64,000 bases of DNA from Geosiphon pyriformis uo1 (lineage: Eukaryota > Fungi > Glomeromycota), in NCBI GenBank assembly GCA_016748015.1, contig JAAOMT010000128.1, positions 2,115,538-2,179,537 on the forward strand, in the 5' to 3' direction. Below are positions 27,201 through 40,517 of the stretch, piece after piece. Each line of letters starts with the position of its first letter. Position 1 is the stretch's first letter. Below the pieces are notes generated by a model that was not told the DNA's origin, did no database searches, and worked only from the letters and a program-made list of their open reading frames with translations. The position numbers were made by a program, and so were the translations under genes.

Positions 27201-30200
27201 TGCAGTTAAATTAAGCTTTTATTATCAGTTTTTTTATAATTAGTACATTCAATAAAAGCATTTTTTTATTTTAAAGATAATTTTAATAAAATAATATTAA
27301 ATACAATATTAGTTTTAAAAAGTACATTAATTTTGGTTTAGTTAATTCTTTGATTAATAGTTATTTGTTAAAAGTTTTATATAGAATAACTTTAAAAAAA
27401 TTAAAAAAACAATTGATTACATTTTTATGTTACCAAATTTGGTTAATATAGTAACTAACAGAATAGTTTTAAATATAAGAAATTTTTTTAATATTGATTA
27501 TTTTATTGTTTCTGTTTTTATTAATTTAGACAATATTTTAGATAAGTATTTAAATTTTTTCACAAGTAAATTAATAAAAATATAACTTTAAAAAGACTAA
27601 TATAACTAAATAGACTTAATTTAAAAATATTACATTGGTAAATATTATAATATTTAGTAAAAATATTAGTTATTCAAAAAAAATTCTGATTTGAATATTA
27701 TATAAAATTTTATTTAGAGAATTGTTTGTTTTTTAACCAATAAAATTTTTTTCAAGTTTTAAAGCAAAAATTTTAATGGTTTTTTTATCAAAATTTTATT
27801 ATATTTTTATAAATTAAAGATTTTGGTTTCTAAAATTATTTAAATTTTATGTTTGAACTTTAATTATAAGTTAAATAATCTAATTATTTGTTAGCTATTA
27901 TTTAATAAACTATATATATATTATGTTTAAAATTTTTTGGTATTAAATACTAATCTTAACATCATTAAATTTAAGTTAGTTAAAATTAGAAAAGTTTATT
28001 ATATATTTAGGCTAGATAAATTTTGGTAAATTAAATTAATGGTATTATTAATAAAAAAATAGAGAATTTTAAAATCAATAAAGATTATATTATCAGAAAA
28101 ATTTTTAAATATTTTTTTAGAAAAATAGTTTTAAATCATTTAGTAAATAGTAAAAATCTAATGTTAAAGTCTAAAAAAAATTAAATTTAAAGTAAATTTA
28201 ATTATAAAAAAATAGACAAAGAAATATAAAGTATTGAAAAATATTTTAGATGTTTAATATTAACAATATTTGTCTTTAATCTATGTAATTAATCACATTT
28301 TTTTTGGGATTATAAATAAAATTGGCTTTAATAAAATAATGAGTATTATAATAGAGCTGCTAAATAAGAAAATTTTTGGTTTGTTTAAAATTTTAAATAA
28401 ATTTTGGAAACATTATAATTCTTTTATTTTGGATTTGTTACTGGATTTTTTTAATGTTTGTTTAATAAGTAAATTAATTTTTTAATTTTAAAAAAAAATT
28501 TTAATGTCAATAATTTTTAAACTATATAAATAAAAAAAGATTTTAATTAACATTGCTTTAATTAAAATTGTTTAAAAAATTTTTTTTAAAATCTTGTCTA
28601 ACAAAATTTTTTTTGTTTATAATAAGTTTAATGTTTTTTGTAAAAACAATTTTTCAGTATTAAAAGATATTATTATACAATTTTTTATCTTTGTATTGGT
28701 TTGGTAATAAAAAATATTTTAAAAAAAAATTGTAAATTTTAATTGGTTTTACAAAATATGTACAAACATATAATTTAATAAATTAAAAATACTTAAAAAG
28801 CAATTTGGTTGTGTTAAAATATGTGACAAATTTGTTAAGTTTTTTGATAGTATTTATAAAGATAGAATTAATCAAGTTATAACTGATTTTGGCTTAATAA
28901 ATAATTATTATATACATAATAGATTAGATCAAAATGAGATGTTTTTTTTTTCTAACATATTTTTTATAACCATTTTTTATATAAAATCAAAAAATAAAAG
29001 AGTGTATATAAGTATAGAATTGATTTTAAGTTTATAATTAAAACAAAATATATTAAAAATTAAACAGATATAATATTTTTTTTTGTTGCTAATATATTTG
29101 TTAATAATACAATTTAAATAAACAATAGTTAATTTGTAATTTAATATATTTTGAATATTGTAAGTAAGTTTTTTTGGATTAATAATATTTTAATTATAAA
29201 ATGACATTTTTTTTTGTTAATTAGTAGTTTGTTAATTTTAATTGCTAAAAAAAGAAAATCTTACAGATATTTAAGTATTTTTCTATTAATATAGAGTTTA
29301 TTAAAGTTTAACTTAGTAAAAATTTATTTAAATATTAAATTTTTTGTTGATAAAGTATTAAAAAAAATTATTTTTAATAAATAGTTTCTGTATTTAGTTT
29401 TAGTAATACTTTACTCAATATTAATTTTAAAATTCAATTTTGTTTTATTTTTAATAATATGTATAATAAATAAAATATTTTAATTCATAAGAGCTTAAAA
29501 TCAAAATTTAATTTGTCTATAAACTTTTCAAATAATGTAATATATTATTTTTTTTTATATAATTTAAAAACTTTTAAACAAGTATAAACTAAATACAAGT
29601 TAGTTTTGGTGCTAAGTTTTTTTAATGCTTATAGTATTTTAGACTGGTTATTTAATCATAAATCTCTTAACTTATAAGTTTTAAATTAGTTTTTTTATTA
29701 TTTTTTGTGTTTTCTAATTTGTATTAAAATTAGTATAATAAACAACTTTTTGATTAATATAGTTTATATATTTTGTAATTATAATTTATTAATAATTAAT
29801 TTTCTATACTTAGTATTTTGATTTTAAAATAAAACTTTTATGTTTGTAGTATTGTGTAACTTAGTTTTTTTCGAAATATTCTGCTTACTTAAACAGTTTA
29901 AAATTGTTTTTGTTGAACAATTGCATAATAAAAAAACAATATTTTTGACTAAAAAATATTTAGATACTAAAAAAAATAAAATTTTTAAGACTCTGTTTCT
30001 AATTAATTTATATTAATTGTTTGGTTTTTAAATAATATAACTTCTTATTCTTGTAATTTGTTTTTAATTATTAGTTTTCAGTCTTTAAATGTTTTTAATT
30101 TATGTAATTTTGGTTTGGTTTGTAAATGTTTAATTAATATTGATATAGTTTGTTTTTCTATCTATACTAATAGTTTTTTAAGCAATCTAAATATTATTAA

Positions 30201-31550
30201 TATAAAAACTAATATTACAGTTTTTTTGAAGATTTAAGTTTGGGCTTAAGTATTAAAATATTTGAATTAAAGTTTTTTATAATAGCTAAGCTACAAATTA
30301 TTATACTGGTTTTAGAATGTGTTTTTTTTTTGTGTAATTAAAATATTTTTTAACAGTTAGATTGCTTTAAATACATATTGCTTAGAATTAGTTTTAATTT
30401 TATTGAATTTTTATAATTATTATAGGATTAAATAATAACATATTATAAACATTATCAAAAAAAAATTTAAGTATTAACTAATATAAAATTAAAAGTTATT
30501 TTAAAGTTTTAAATAATAAGAGAATTAATATTTTAGCTAATATTGTTTTATTTTTAAATATAGTGCTTTTAATTTATATGCAAAACTAATTTATTAAGAC
30601 TGATAATAAAATTGTTTATAAAAATACAAGATATTTTATTTGTAAAGTTTTTTAGATAATTTATTATATCTATTAAGAAATTAAATTTGATATTAAAGTT
30701 TTAAATAATAATTTGTTTAAGAACATAGATTAAATCTAATTATTATTGGTTTAATATTCTAATTTTCTCATAAAAACTAAGTTTATAAGCAAATTATGAT
30801 TAAAACACACTTTTATTTTATAAAAACTTTGTATTATAAACTGTTAATAACTGTCTATAAATATTTATATAATAAGTATTATTATAGTATTTGTGTCTGT
30901 ATTATAAAAAAATTGAATTTTAGATCATATTTTTTTTGTAATATAAATATTAGAGTTTACAACAAAGCATTATCTAGTCTATACAGATTATTAGCTTATA
31001 TATTTTAATTACTTTTTTTATGTTTTTTTAATATTGCTATGTATTTTGTTTTGTGTAAAATATTTGTTTTTAAAAAATAATTTTATAAGTCTTTTTTAAT
31101 TTTTAAAAATAGTAAAATTGTTAATTATAAAATTATAGATTTTATATGTAGTTTTAATTTAGTTTATAAGAATAATATTTGGTTTGTTTGTTCTAAGTAT
31201 TGAGTTTTCATAAAAAAAAGTAGTCTAATTTTATGTAATAGAACTATATTGATAATTATTATTAATCTATTATTTGTATTATCTAATGATATCATTAAAC
31301 TATTTGAAATTTCTAAGGCTTTTGAAATTAGTTTTAGTATACACAAATTGTATTTATTCTTTTTAGATATTAGAAATATAATTTCTGTGTATATAAACAT
31401 ATAGTGTTGTTTTAATTGGCCTGAATGGCTGGTTATATATAGTAAAATACATAATTTATATTCAGTTTAAATTATTTAGTTTGATGTATTATATTAGATA
31501 GTATTTGGATTTTACTTATTAAATATAATAATGCTTGTTTGTTTAAAAAA
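24250..31550 (+). mobile_element. near-full-length non-LTR retrotransposon (LINE): ORF1 ~24250-26836; ORF2 (APE endonuclease, RT, RNase H, Cys-rich end) from ~26839; hypermutated, dead
   Basis: Motifs are recoverable mainly by reversing transitions: APE *KIITYNIKNIN (WKIATCNVRGIN) and ITKTKL (ITETKL); RT IALIKIV*KIFFKILSNKI (IALIETARKILSKILSDRI), LVLQNMYK (QDMRKAYD), RLDQNE (GLDQGE), FVNNTI* at 29097 (FVDDTIW); RNase H IYTNSFL (VYTDGSL), AKLQII (AELQAI), FNS*IAL (SDSQAAL), KIKSYF (KVKGHS). Ends approximate. Confidence 0.9.
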
Positions 31551-33372
31551 TTAATATAATAAAAAAATTTTAATTTTAATTTGTTAATAGTTATAATTAA
31601 AAGTTATTAATTTAAGATATTAATAAATAAATAAATGTAAATTGTATTAATTTTTAGATTGGGTAATAATGTATATATATTAATTTTTTTGTTGTTTTTG
31701 TTGTTTTTTTTTGCTTATTTTTATTTGATTAAACTTATCTTACAATTATATTTAAAAATAAATAATTTTTTAATAGAAAGATTACAAATTACAAATTAAT
31801 TAATTAGTAATAATAATAATAATTAAAATTTTTATAAAACAATATTATATTTTAAAATTATTTATTAAATTAATATTTAATTAAAAACTAATTAAAACAA
31901 AATAGTAAAAGTAGAATTTTTTAAAGTTTGAATCAATTATTAAATAAAATTTTTTTAAACCAACATTTTTAGTTTTTTAATAGGTATCATATGTTTTGTT
32001 TGACAATATTTCATATATATTTAATGATCAATATTTTAATTATTATTTATGATAAATAATAAAAATTTGCAATAATCAAATTAATAATTTGGTAATAACT
32101 AAATTGAAAATTTGCCCATGAAAAATAGAGTAAATATTATAAAGTAATTTTAAAAAAATATTAAAAATATGTTAAATAAAAATCTTGCTGTCAAATATTT
32201 AATTTAATTTTAATCAAATAATTCAAAGAAATCGCGGAATTTCTAATACTGTATATTATGTTTTGGGATTATCCTTTGTTTGTGATACTTTGATCAATTT
32301 TAAGAATGAATTTATCTATCAAAAAAACATAACCCTCTATCTGAAAAACAAGAAATTTGGAATTCGTTGAAACTAATCAGCACTGTTAAAGCTTTTTGGA
32401 TTACTACAAAAGTTTGTGACTTAAAAATTTAATTGTAATAGTATTTTAATTCTTGGAACGTGGCATTCTGATTTTTTTTTGTCAATAATTCTGAAAGAAT
32501 ATATACACATATATACAACAAAAATATCATTTGTTGGCTGGTGATTCGATTTTAAGCAAAAAATTTCTAAATTCAATGCTTCAAAAGTTATCTTTGTAAT
32601 CTTACTAGTTGTAACTTAGCAAACAATATTAAGAAATTTGATAAATTTTTCGCTTATTTTAGAAGGTTTTCTTGGTGTAAATTTAATTTTGATTTCTTTT
32701 CCAGGAAATTCCGATTTCGCAAAACTCAATTCCCTGAAAATCTCAATTATCCAACTATCACAAGTTTTACAGACAAAGATATGTCAATCTTTATGACATT
32801 ATTGGAATTCTTATTTAATCATGTATCACATATTCTGGTTTCAATCGGAAATTTCTAGAGTTTTTAAGAGTGTTAAACAAAGTTGTGGACTATTAAGTGT
32901 CATACAGTTAATTGTTAAATTAAAAAATATCCTTTAGTTTTTTTTATCATATCGTAATACCTCGCTTCTCTGTAGATATTAGGTTGAAACACAACGGTCA
33001 AAAATTATGGAAAAACTTTTCGCATGTATTTTTTTAAAATAAGGACTCCGTTTATACTACCTCTTCGAAAGAGATTTCACACTCGCGAATTGGTAACACA
33101 ATGGTTGAACATTCATATCAAAAACTAGGGCTAAGAAAATATTTATACAAAGCTCAAAAATAATGTTTTTGCATTAAACATTTAATTTTTCTTTTCTTTT
33201 TTCCAAAAGAAACAGAATTTCTTGTAAAATAAAATTTATTTTTATCAATTTTTGAGTAAATAACTTGGTTTTCTTGTTTCAATCAACTCTGCCGAGCTCT
33301 GAATAAAATTCAAAATAATATTCAATAACTTTTAGAAAAAAAAAAACTATTTTCAAAAAACGAATCAGGGAT

Positions 33373-33867
33373 ATGATTATTAAAATGAAAGACATTCTAG
33401 CAAAACGACAAAAAATCCAAATAATTAATGATAAATCAACACCTGGAATACAGTCAGGGATAAATGTATCATCAAAGATTGTCAATACAAATGAGTTTGC
33501 TAGCTTTACAATTGTTTCAAAAACAACTCAGCAGGCAACACAGTCGGGAAGGGCAAGTTTATCTCAATCAGTAAAAATTGAAACCAATTCCACCCATCAA
33601 TCAAACACACAAAAACCAACGGCTACTACACGGCCAGAATCTAATACTTCTAATACTTCTAGCCAAACATCAAATGAAGTTTCCACGACGAAAGATCAAT
33701 TTATTGTCACTACTGAAGCATCAACTACAGATTTACCTGACACAAATATGAACTTTTCAAATGAGAACAAAAGTAATCAAATATTTAAAAATCAAAATAA
33801 TAATAATCAGAACAACAACAACAACAACAACAACGATACTAACAAAAAAAACAACAACAACAACAAC

Positions 33868-33924
<57 letters not shown>

Positions 33925-34623
33925 CCTGACTACTCAAATTCGACAACTTCATCCAATTTAACAAAAATTCTACTTCCAATTATGTTATTTTTTGTAATAA
34001 TCTTAATCGGGTACTCATTTATATTATATCGTAGACGAAGTCAACGACCAAAAAAGAAAATAGGTGGTCAAACCTCATCTTTAGAAATTGAAATAATGAC
34101 CCCAGCCACGGTAAAGTTAGAAACAGGAACAATGATTGATGGAAGGCGAGTTAAATCGTTAGTCACCCCGTTAGTAAAAAGTCGAAGTATGTCCCATGTT
34201 CGTGGTCAAGCTCGAAAGTTCTCAAAAGGATGGAGAAGTCGGAGTTTGTCGAGAATTTATCATCCTACGAGATCAGATGATTTAAAAATTTTAATGAATT
34301 CTACCTCAACGGCTTCTGGGCAGAGTGAAAAAGACTCGTACTCGGAGGGATTTGAATCACGAGAATTGTCTATAAGTGATAAGAATCAATCTGTGATAGT
34401 TGATGATAATTCCACTCCGGACCTAAATAATGGTGTTCAGTTGAAGGAACAAGTTATTAATTCAACTTTTGATCAGGAGGGCAGCTCTATAAATGTTGAT
34501 GAGGAAAATCATATTTCGATAAAGCACAAAGAACGTACAGTTAGGTTTTCAGAAGTTGAGTTTGAACTAAATCAAAAACATGGAACAATTGGTCGATTCT
34601 TGAATGTTCGTCGCTTTGTGTAA
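33373..34623 (+). CDS. Ser/Thr-rich, poly-Asn single-pass membrane protein, 416 aa, intronless
   Basis: Long ORF; TM ILLPIMLFFVIILIGYSFILY followed by RRRSQRPKKK; no signal peptide. Confidence 0.85.
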
Positions 34624-36838
34624 AATATTAATCATTTGGGGTCAGAATGAAACGAATAATTAACAAAAAAAAAAACATAAAAAACGCGAAAATTTTCAGA
34701 GTTTAACTTTACTATTGCGTAGACCGCAATATATTCTGTAAATTAATTTCAAATAAAAAATGTTAATTCCCACCCAAAAGAAGTTAGAAATTAAAGTGAT
34801 ATCGTCAATTTTTAAAATCGCAACGATCCCGTGTTTCACTTGTGAGATCCTCGGAAATTTTGTGACATTTGATTAGATAATTTGAAATTCCGATTTGAAA
34901 TTCCGGTTGGTTGCTCAGAATTTATCAATGCTAAACAAGCATTATCTATAAGATTACAACCAAAAAATGAAACAATCTTTTGTTCCAGAAATATTGTGCA
35001 TATGAGCAAAAAGTGAATGTTTATCTGTAAAAAGGAACTCAAATATTTGAAAAACTATTCATCGCAAACTTCAATAAGGAATTCCAATTTTTCTGGGAAC
35101 TGGTTTCGACTGAAGTATCAAAGTTATATTGGGCACATTGATGTTTTATGTAAAGTTAAATTACTCTCCAACAGCCAAAAAAAATAAATTAAATATAATC
35201 ATATCTCAATCCTCTCACAAAGTTTCCCACTAATTTCATATCAACTTTTTTAAAAAACAATAAATAGCTGGACATCCTTTTTAAAAAATATTATCTGATC
35301 AAGATTTTAAAAGGTTTTACCTTTAAGATTCAATGAGAATTCTTGTTATCTTTAGACAACTATTCAAAAGATTGGAACTTTTTTTTCGATACAAAAAATT
35401 GAATTAATACTGTAAATTATATAATACTTCTTAATTCAAAAAGTGGCTTTGGACAATTTTCCAAGTTGTCAAAAGTTCAAAATAAGTCTTCGACGTAGCA
35501 AAACCAGGTGTTAGAAATAAATTTTATATAAAAATAGGCCTTGTCTTTTACGTTTAAAAAGAAAAAAATATTTGGCATTTTGAAAATAATTAAACTTTTA
35601 CAAATTTGTTAATTTTGCAAACAATCAGCAAATATAATAGGTATTTGTATCAAGTAAGCCTAGATACATTTGAACGCAAAAAATCAAGATTCCCGAGAAA
35701 GAAATTACTCACAAAACCCCCAATAGGCATAACTCGAAACAATTATTAATTTCCCATTTCCCTCAAAAATCACGCCATCCCGTTGCGGATATACGAATTT
35801 CTTCAACTATTATCAATCTTGGTTTCATCCAAACTAATCTTGATGTCCAAGCATTACCGTAAAACCAGAGTATTGATGATCAAGCTCGACCAGAATAAGA
35901 AGAAAAACTAAATAACGATGCAAAAAAAAGACATTGAATTCTATTATAAATATGCCAATTAAATAGATTGATTTTGGAAAAGCTATCTTAAAATCGTCTC
36001 GACTCTCATAGGTTGTCCGATGAACGGGTATTTATAAATAACGAGCGATGTCTCTTCCTTTGAAAAAATTTTAAAGCATTCAAGAGCCAGTTGCAAATTC
36101 AGATTAGAGTAACCTAATCAATCAGTACTTTGTCTTTATGAGACATACTCATTTAACTGCCCAAAAATTTTTAATTAAATCGGAGTAATGAAATTTGAAC
36201 TGAAGATTTAATTATTAATCTCGAATCTTCTTCGATTGTGCTGGCTTGATTTTGCAATTTCTAAAATATTTGTTATATAACTATTTTGGTAGCCATTTGA
36301 ATTAGGATAAGAGAAAACCATTTACTATTAATTTTACAACTTTTTGCAAAGAACCACGATCTATCTTATTTGAGAAAAACGCCCAAGAAAGCACTGTTGA
36401 AATCTTTAATTAAAAATTTAATAAAACATTCATGATGCTTGGGTTGAAAATAAAACATATATTCTCATTTGAGTTTTTATTGATTTAATTTCGAAAATGA
36501 AAATAAAAAAATAGTTCCTGAAAGATTTTGACCATTGACATTTTCTGGAGAATAATAGGAACTAAGAAAACTTAGTAAAGTATATTTGAAAAATGTTCCT
36601 CTTTCTTAACCCATTTATGGCATTAACATAGGATTTCATTTATTCCTGAAAAGGATTCTTTATGCTGGCTCACTTAGCCCTGTGATGTTACCTCGCATTT
36701 GGTGCTCCCAATTTTTCCAAAGGCTATATAAATAAACTATGCTTTTTCCTATTTTTCCCAAACAGTAGATTGGTAGAAGTGATATACATAATATTTAGGA
36801 CTCTGAAGAAAACCTTTCATACATTTTTAGTTCTGTAT

Positions 36839-39456
36839 ATGGCGGAGCCTTGGGGTGGTCTACATAATGGAATTTTGCTTATTAAGAATATAAGTTGGTG
36901 AGATGAATTTTCGGTCATGACTCTAAATGTAATTGATTAATTGTTTCTATAAAGGGATGATGTTTACTTTAGCCTACTTTTTTGAATTTCTAGCTCGATT
37001 CGCCCACTTGAAAAAATCCCAAGGTTTTTTCCACTATTGGGCAAAAGTAAAGAAGGGTCTTTGGTATTGGAATTTCACTACGGCAAAAGTGAAAAGGAGA
37101 CCACAGCAGCAAAAATGTAAATATGTGTGACTTCAAATTTTTATTAAAGGGAAATTTAAGAAGTCAATTTGCTTTTGAAACGAAAACATCACAAAAATTT
37201 GAATAATCAAATAATAAATCACTGGTGGTTTATCCTGTGGTTGAGATTTATTCAAAAATACAAAATGTGGAAAAAGCTAAAATGTATCGTTTTTATATAA
37301 ATTTTTATCTTTCTTAAAATTAGAAAAGAATATAAAGGAGATAACAGCCAAGCAACTTGGCGACAACATTTGACATTCAACTTAACTTCGGTTGACGAAC
37401 CAGAATTAAGAGTTCGCGCCTTCAACAAAAATGGAACGGGAGCCGATGCGTTAGTCGGCGATACAAAAATCCAGCTGGCAGAGTTCCGAGATGAATCAAA
37501 TCAAGTGATCACGGAATTAATCAAACACGGTAATAAGGCGGGTCAAATCCAATTTGATATGTCTTATCTTTCTGTAAGAATACATTTCAAATTTTGGCGA
37601 GTATTGCGGCTAGTAATCAATTTTTACTTATCTAGATTACATGAATATTTTTAATTTCCGTTAGAGCCCACCTATTTGCGTCGATGAACAATCAATTAAC
37701 AAACTTCTCTCAGAACAAAAGCTAATACTTCTGTTGAATAACATTACATGGTTATTAAATTTTTTCTTAAAAGTATTACGATGAAAATGGTATTTGATTT
37801 TTACGCGTACGATTTTACGATTTTATTTTTATAAACAGTAAAGGGGTACCAAAAGCAAATGCCGACGTCAGATTTACGCTTAATAAGCTTCAAGTGCACT
37901 CAACAGGAACCTATTGGACAGCCTCGCCTCACCAATGTCCATACCCCATCTCGATGGAAGTCTTTGCAGCCGTAAAAAAGGGTTATAGTTTACCCTTGGT
38001 TATTCATTGTCAATATGGCCCTACAGAATTTTCAAAGACCCAGCTTGATATTGGGTCAGAATGGTTCTGGGAAAAATTAATAAAAGGGGGAGAAGTTGAT
38101 AGTAGGTTTGATTTTTATAATATAATCCGAATATACGTTATTTGTTCACCAGTAACGTAGTAAACATAAAAATCATGGTAAAATTAATATAGCAGGTGAA
38201 CTAAACTTCTTGGAGAGAGCATTTGATGCTGGATCAATCCGATTTAAGGTTTCTTTACATGAATTGGTAAATTTCGTCGAGGTGATGAGTAAACAAAATG
38301 GGTTTAAGACGGCATCTATTAGCAACACGAGGCCTTTATCAAGTCAATCCTCTAACAGCTCCATTATGACTGGATTTACGGGTATATATCTTCGATGCAA
38401 AAGTATATATCTTGCATTATACGTTTTTGAATTATTCTGAACTTTATTTTTGCACAGTTCCGGAACAGAAAATTGCATGTTCGAAATACATGCTCATCCA
38501 TAGGATCGATTCTCAACCTGACTCGTCAAGCAACCTAACCACCAATGGCAAAATATACAAAGGTCAACATATAACCACTGGGAATCCGGTTATCATAAAG
38601 ATCTTTTCACGTGAAATGGACTAGTATTTATTCCAATCTCTGCTTTATCTTTCCAGTTGCTGCAAATTTCTTTTATCTTAGTGGACGATTGTTAATCATT
38701 CCCTTGCTTTCAATCCAGTGACAACGAAATTTTCTATCTAAGATTACTCTCGAAGAGTAACTATATAGTCAGATGGGAAGATAAAGAAGTGAACCAATCA
38801 CTCGGGGGCTATGTTTTAGTAACAAGCTTCCATGGAAATACTTTGGCCACGGAAGCTGGCCAAATACAAGATCCTTTAACCAGAAAGGAAATCCTTTTAA
38901 ATATTGCAAAAGCAGTACAATTCTGCCATTCACAGGGTGTTGTGGTAAATTTTATCACTTTTTGTACTCTGGCAAGAAATGGAAATTTTCTTTGAGTATT
39001 TCCCTAATACTTTTATTTATTTGCTAATAGTTAAATGCGCTTCAGCCCGAAAACATAATTTGTGAAACAAATGCAATTCGTCTAGACAACTTTCACTCAG
39101 CTCGAGGAGTCGACGATTACCTTAAAACTGTGCCTGAAGATAGTAGTAACCAAATGACTTCTATGTGTACGTGCGGGTTCTCGGCCCCCGAGATTGTATT
39201 AGGAAATGAATACCGGGCAAAATATGAGGCTGACATTTTCTCCTTGGGGTGCGTGTTTTATTTTACATTAACGCGCATGAAAATCTATGACAGTTTTGAA
39301 GATTTGCGGGCTTGCAGGTCTTTTAATAGTGATATAAACACAAATATCAATGAGGAAAGGGCTCAGAGCCTCTTGATGAGAATGTTATCTTGGAATTCAG
39401 CAGACCGGCCAAAAATTAATGAAGTTGTTGAATCAGAATTCTTCGTTGATAGCTGA
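36839..39456 (+). CDS. multi-exon C2-domain plus protein-kinase-fold protein (predicted pseudokinase); 5' exon structure uncertain
   Basis: C2-like exon 37324-37573 (ATWRQHLTF..ELRVRAFNK..DALVGDTKIQL..GQIQFDMSY) and a second C2-like segment at 37665-38101. Kinase subdomains: VIIK, NEIFYL, NIAKAVQFCHSQGVV|LNALQPEN, DNFHSAR, TCGFSAPE, DIFSLGC, DRPKINEV. TATATAAA at 36725. Confidence 0.75.
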
Positions 39457-40517
39457 ATAAAGATTTTGGTTTAGTTAATATTAAAATCTTGTATCTATTT
39501 GTATAGTAATATTTTTAAGTTAATAAAAATACTGTGAATCGAAAAGCTTTATATAAGGTCCTTATGGCAAAGGAAAAATTGCGAGCTCAAAAATTATGTT
39601 AAAACCTAAAGCATAATACCAAAGAACGGATGGGTTCCAAATTTTGGGTAATAACTCAGCAGTAAGACCTACTTTCCAATTTTGCTACTCCCGTATTAAC
39701 ATTTTATCGCATGGTTTTAATTTCTAAAATATTCTTTTTTGGACATGTAACCCCTTTTTTTTTTTGTACCTCAGCGTTCATAATTTCTAATTCTCAGGGT
39801 CATTGAATTTCGAAAATTTTCCTTCCAAGTCCAACAATGTTCACACCGTAATTCATTTCCAACGTAAACCACTAGCCATTGGTCTGTTCCCAGATTCCCA
39901 TTTTTGCCTGAAAATAGAATCTCAAACGTGCCTTGCAAATATTACTATTTCATGACCATATCTCGTGATTGTACGGATTTCGAAAAAGGAAAAAAGTTTA
40001 ATTTTTCTATATTTAAGTTGTGAAACGGCCGCTCAAGTTTTCGCTTGAATAATCTAATTCATTCCGAGAACACAGCTTTTGTTGACAAAGATGGAAATCA
40101 AAGAATTTCGGACATGGTTTATCAATTTTTACTGATAGGAAAAGGAATATAATGTAGTGGGTTACTTTTTTCTTTGATTTTCTTTGCCAACAATTTCACC
40201 TTATTGCAAGCTACTGCTGTTTTTGCTAGATTGCGTTGCATCGACTTTAGAAGTATAGTATCCTTAAAGTGGATATATACTTTTGTAAACTAATAATTAT
40301 TCCCTCAAAGGGAATGTGAAAGTAGATCAACTGAAGATTTTCAGGCTTGCTTTGAAAGCTTTACCTGCTGGCTGTACCCATTAAGAACTCTTGTAGTTGA
40401 CAACTTATTATTTTATTCTATAATCGGAAAGAATAAACCAAAAATTAATATAATTTATTAAAACAGAGGATTCATACTGTAAATATTCCTTGGCTCAGAA
40501 AGACAATTTTGCTAAGA

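Noticed and set aside
34836-35920. Possible decayed minus-strand gene
   Set aside because: No coherent frame or motif recovered
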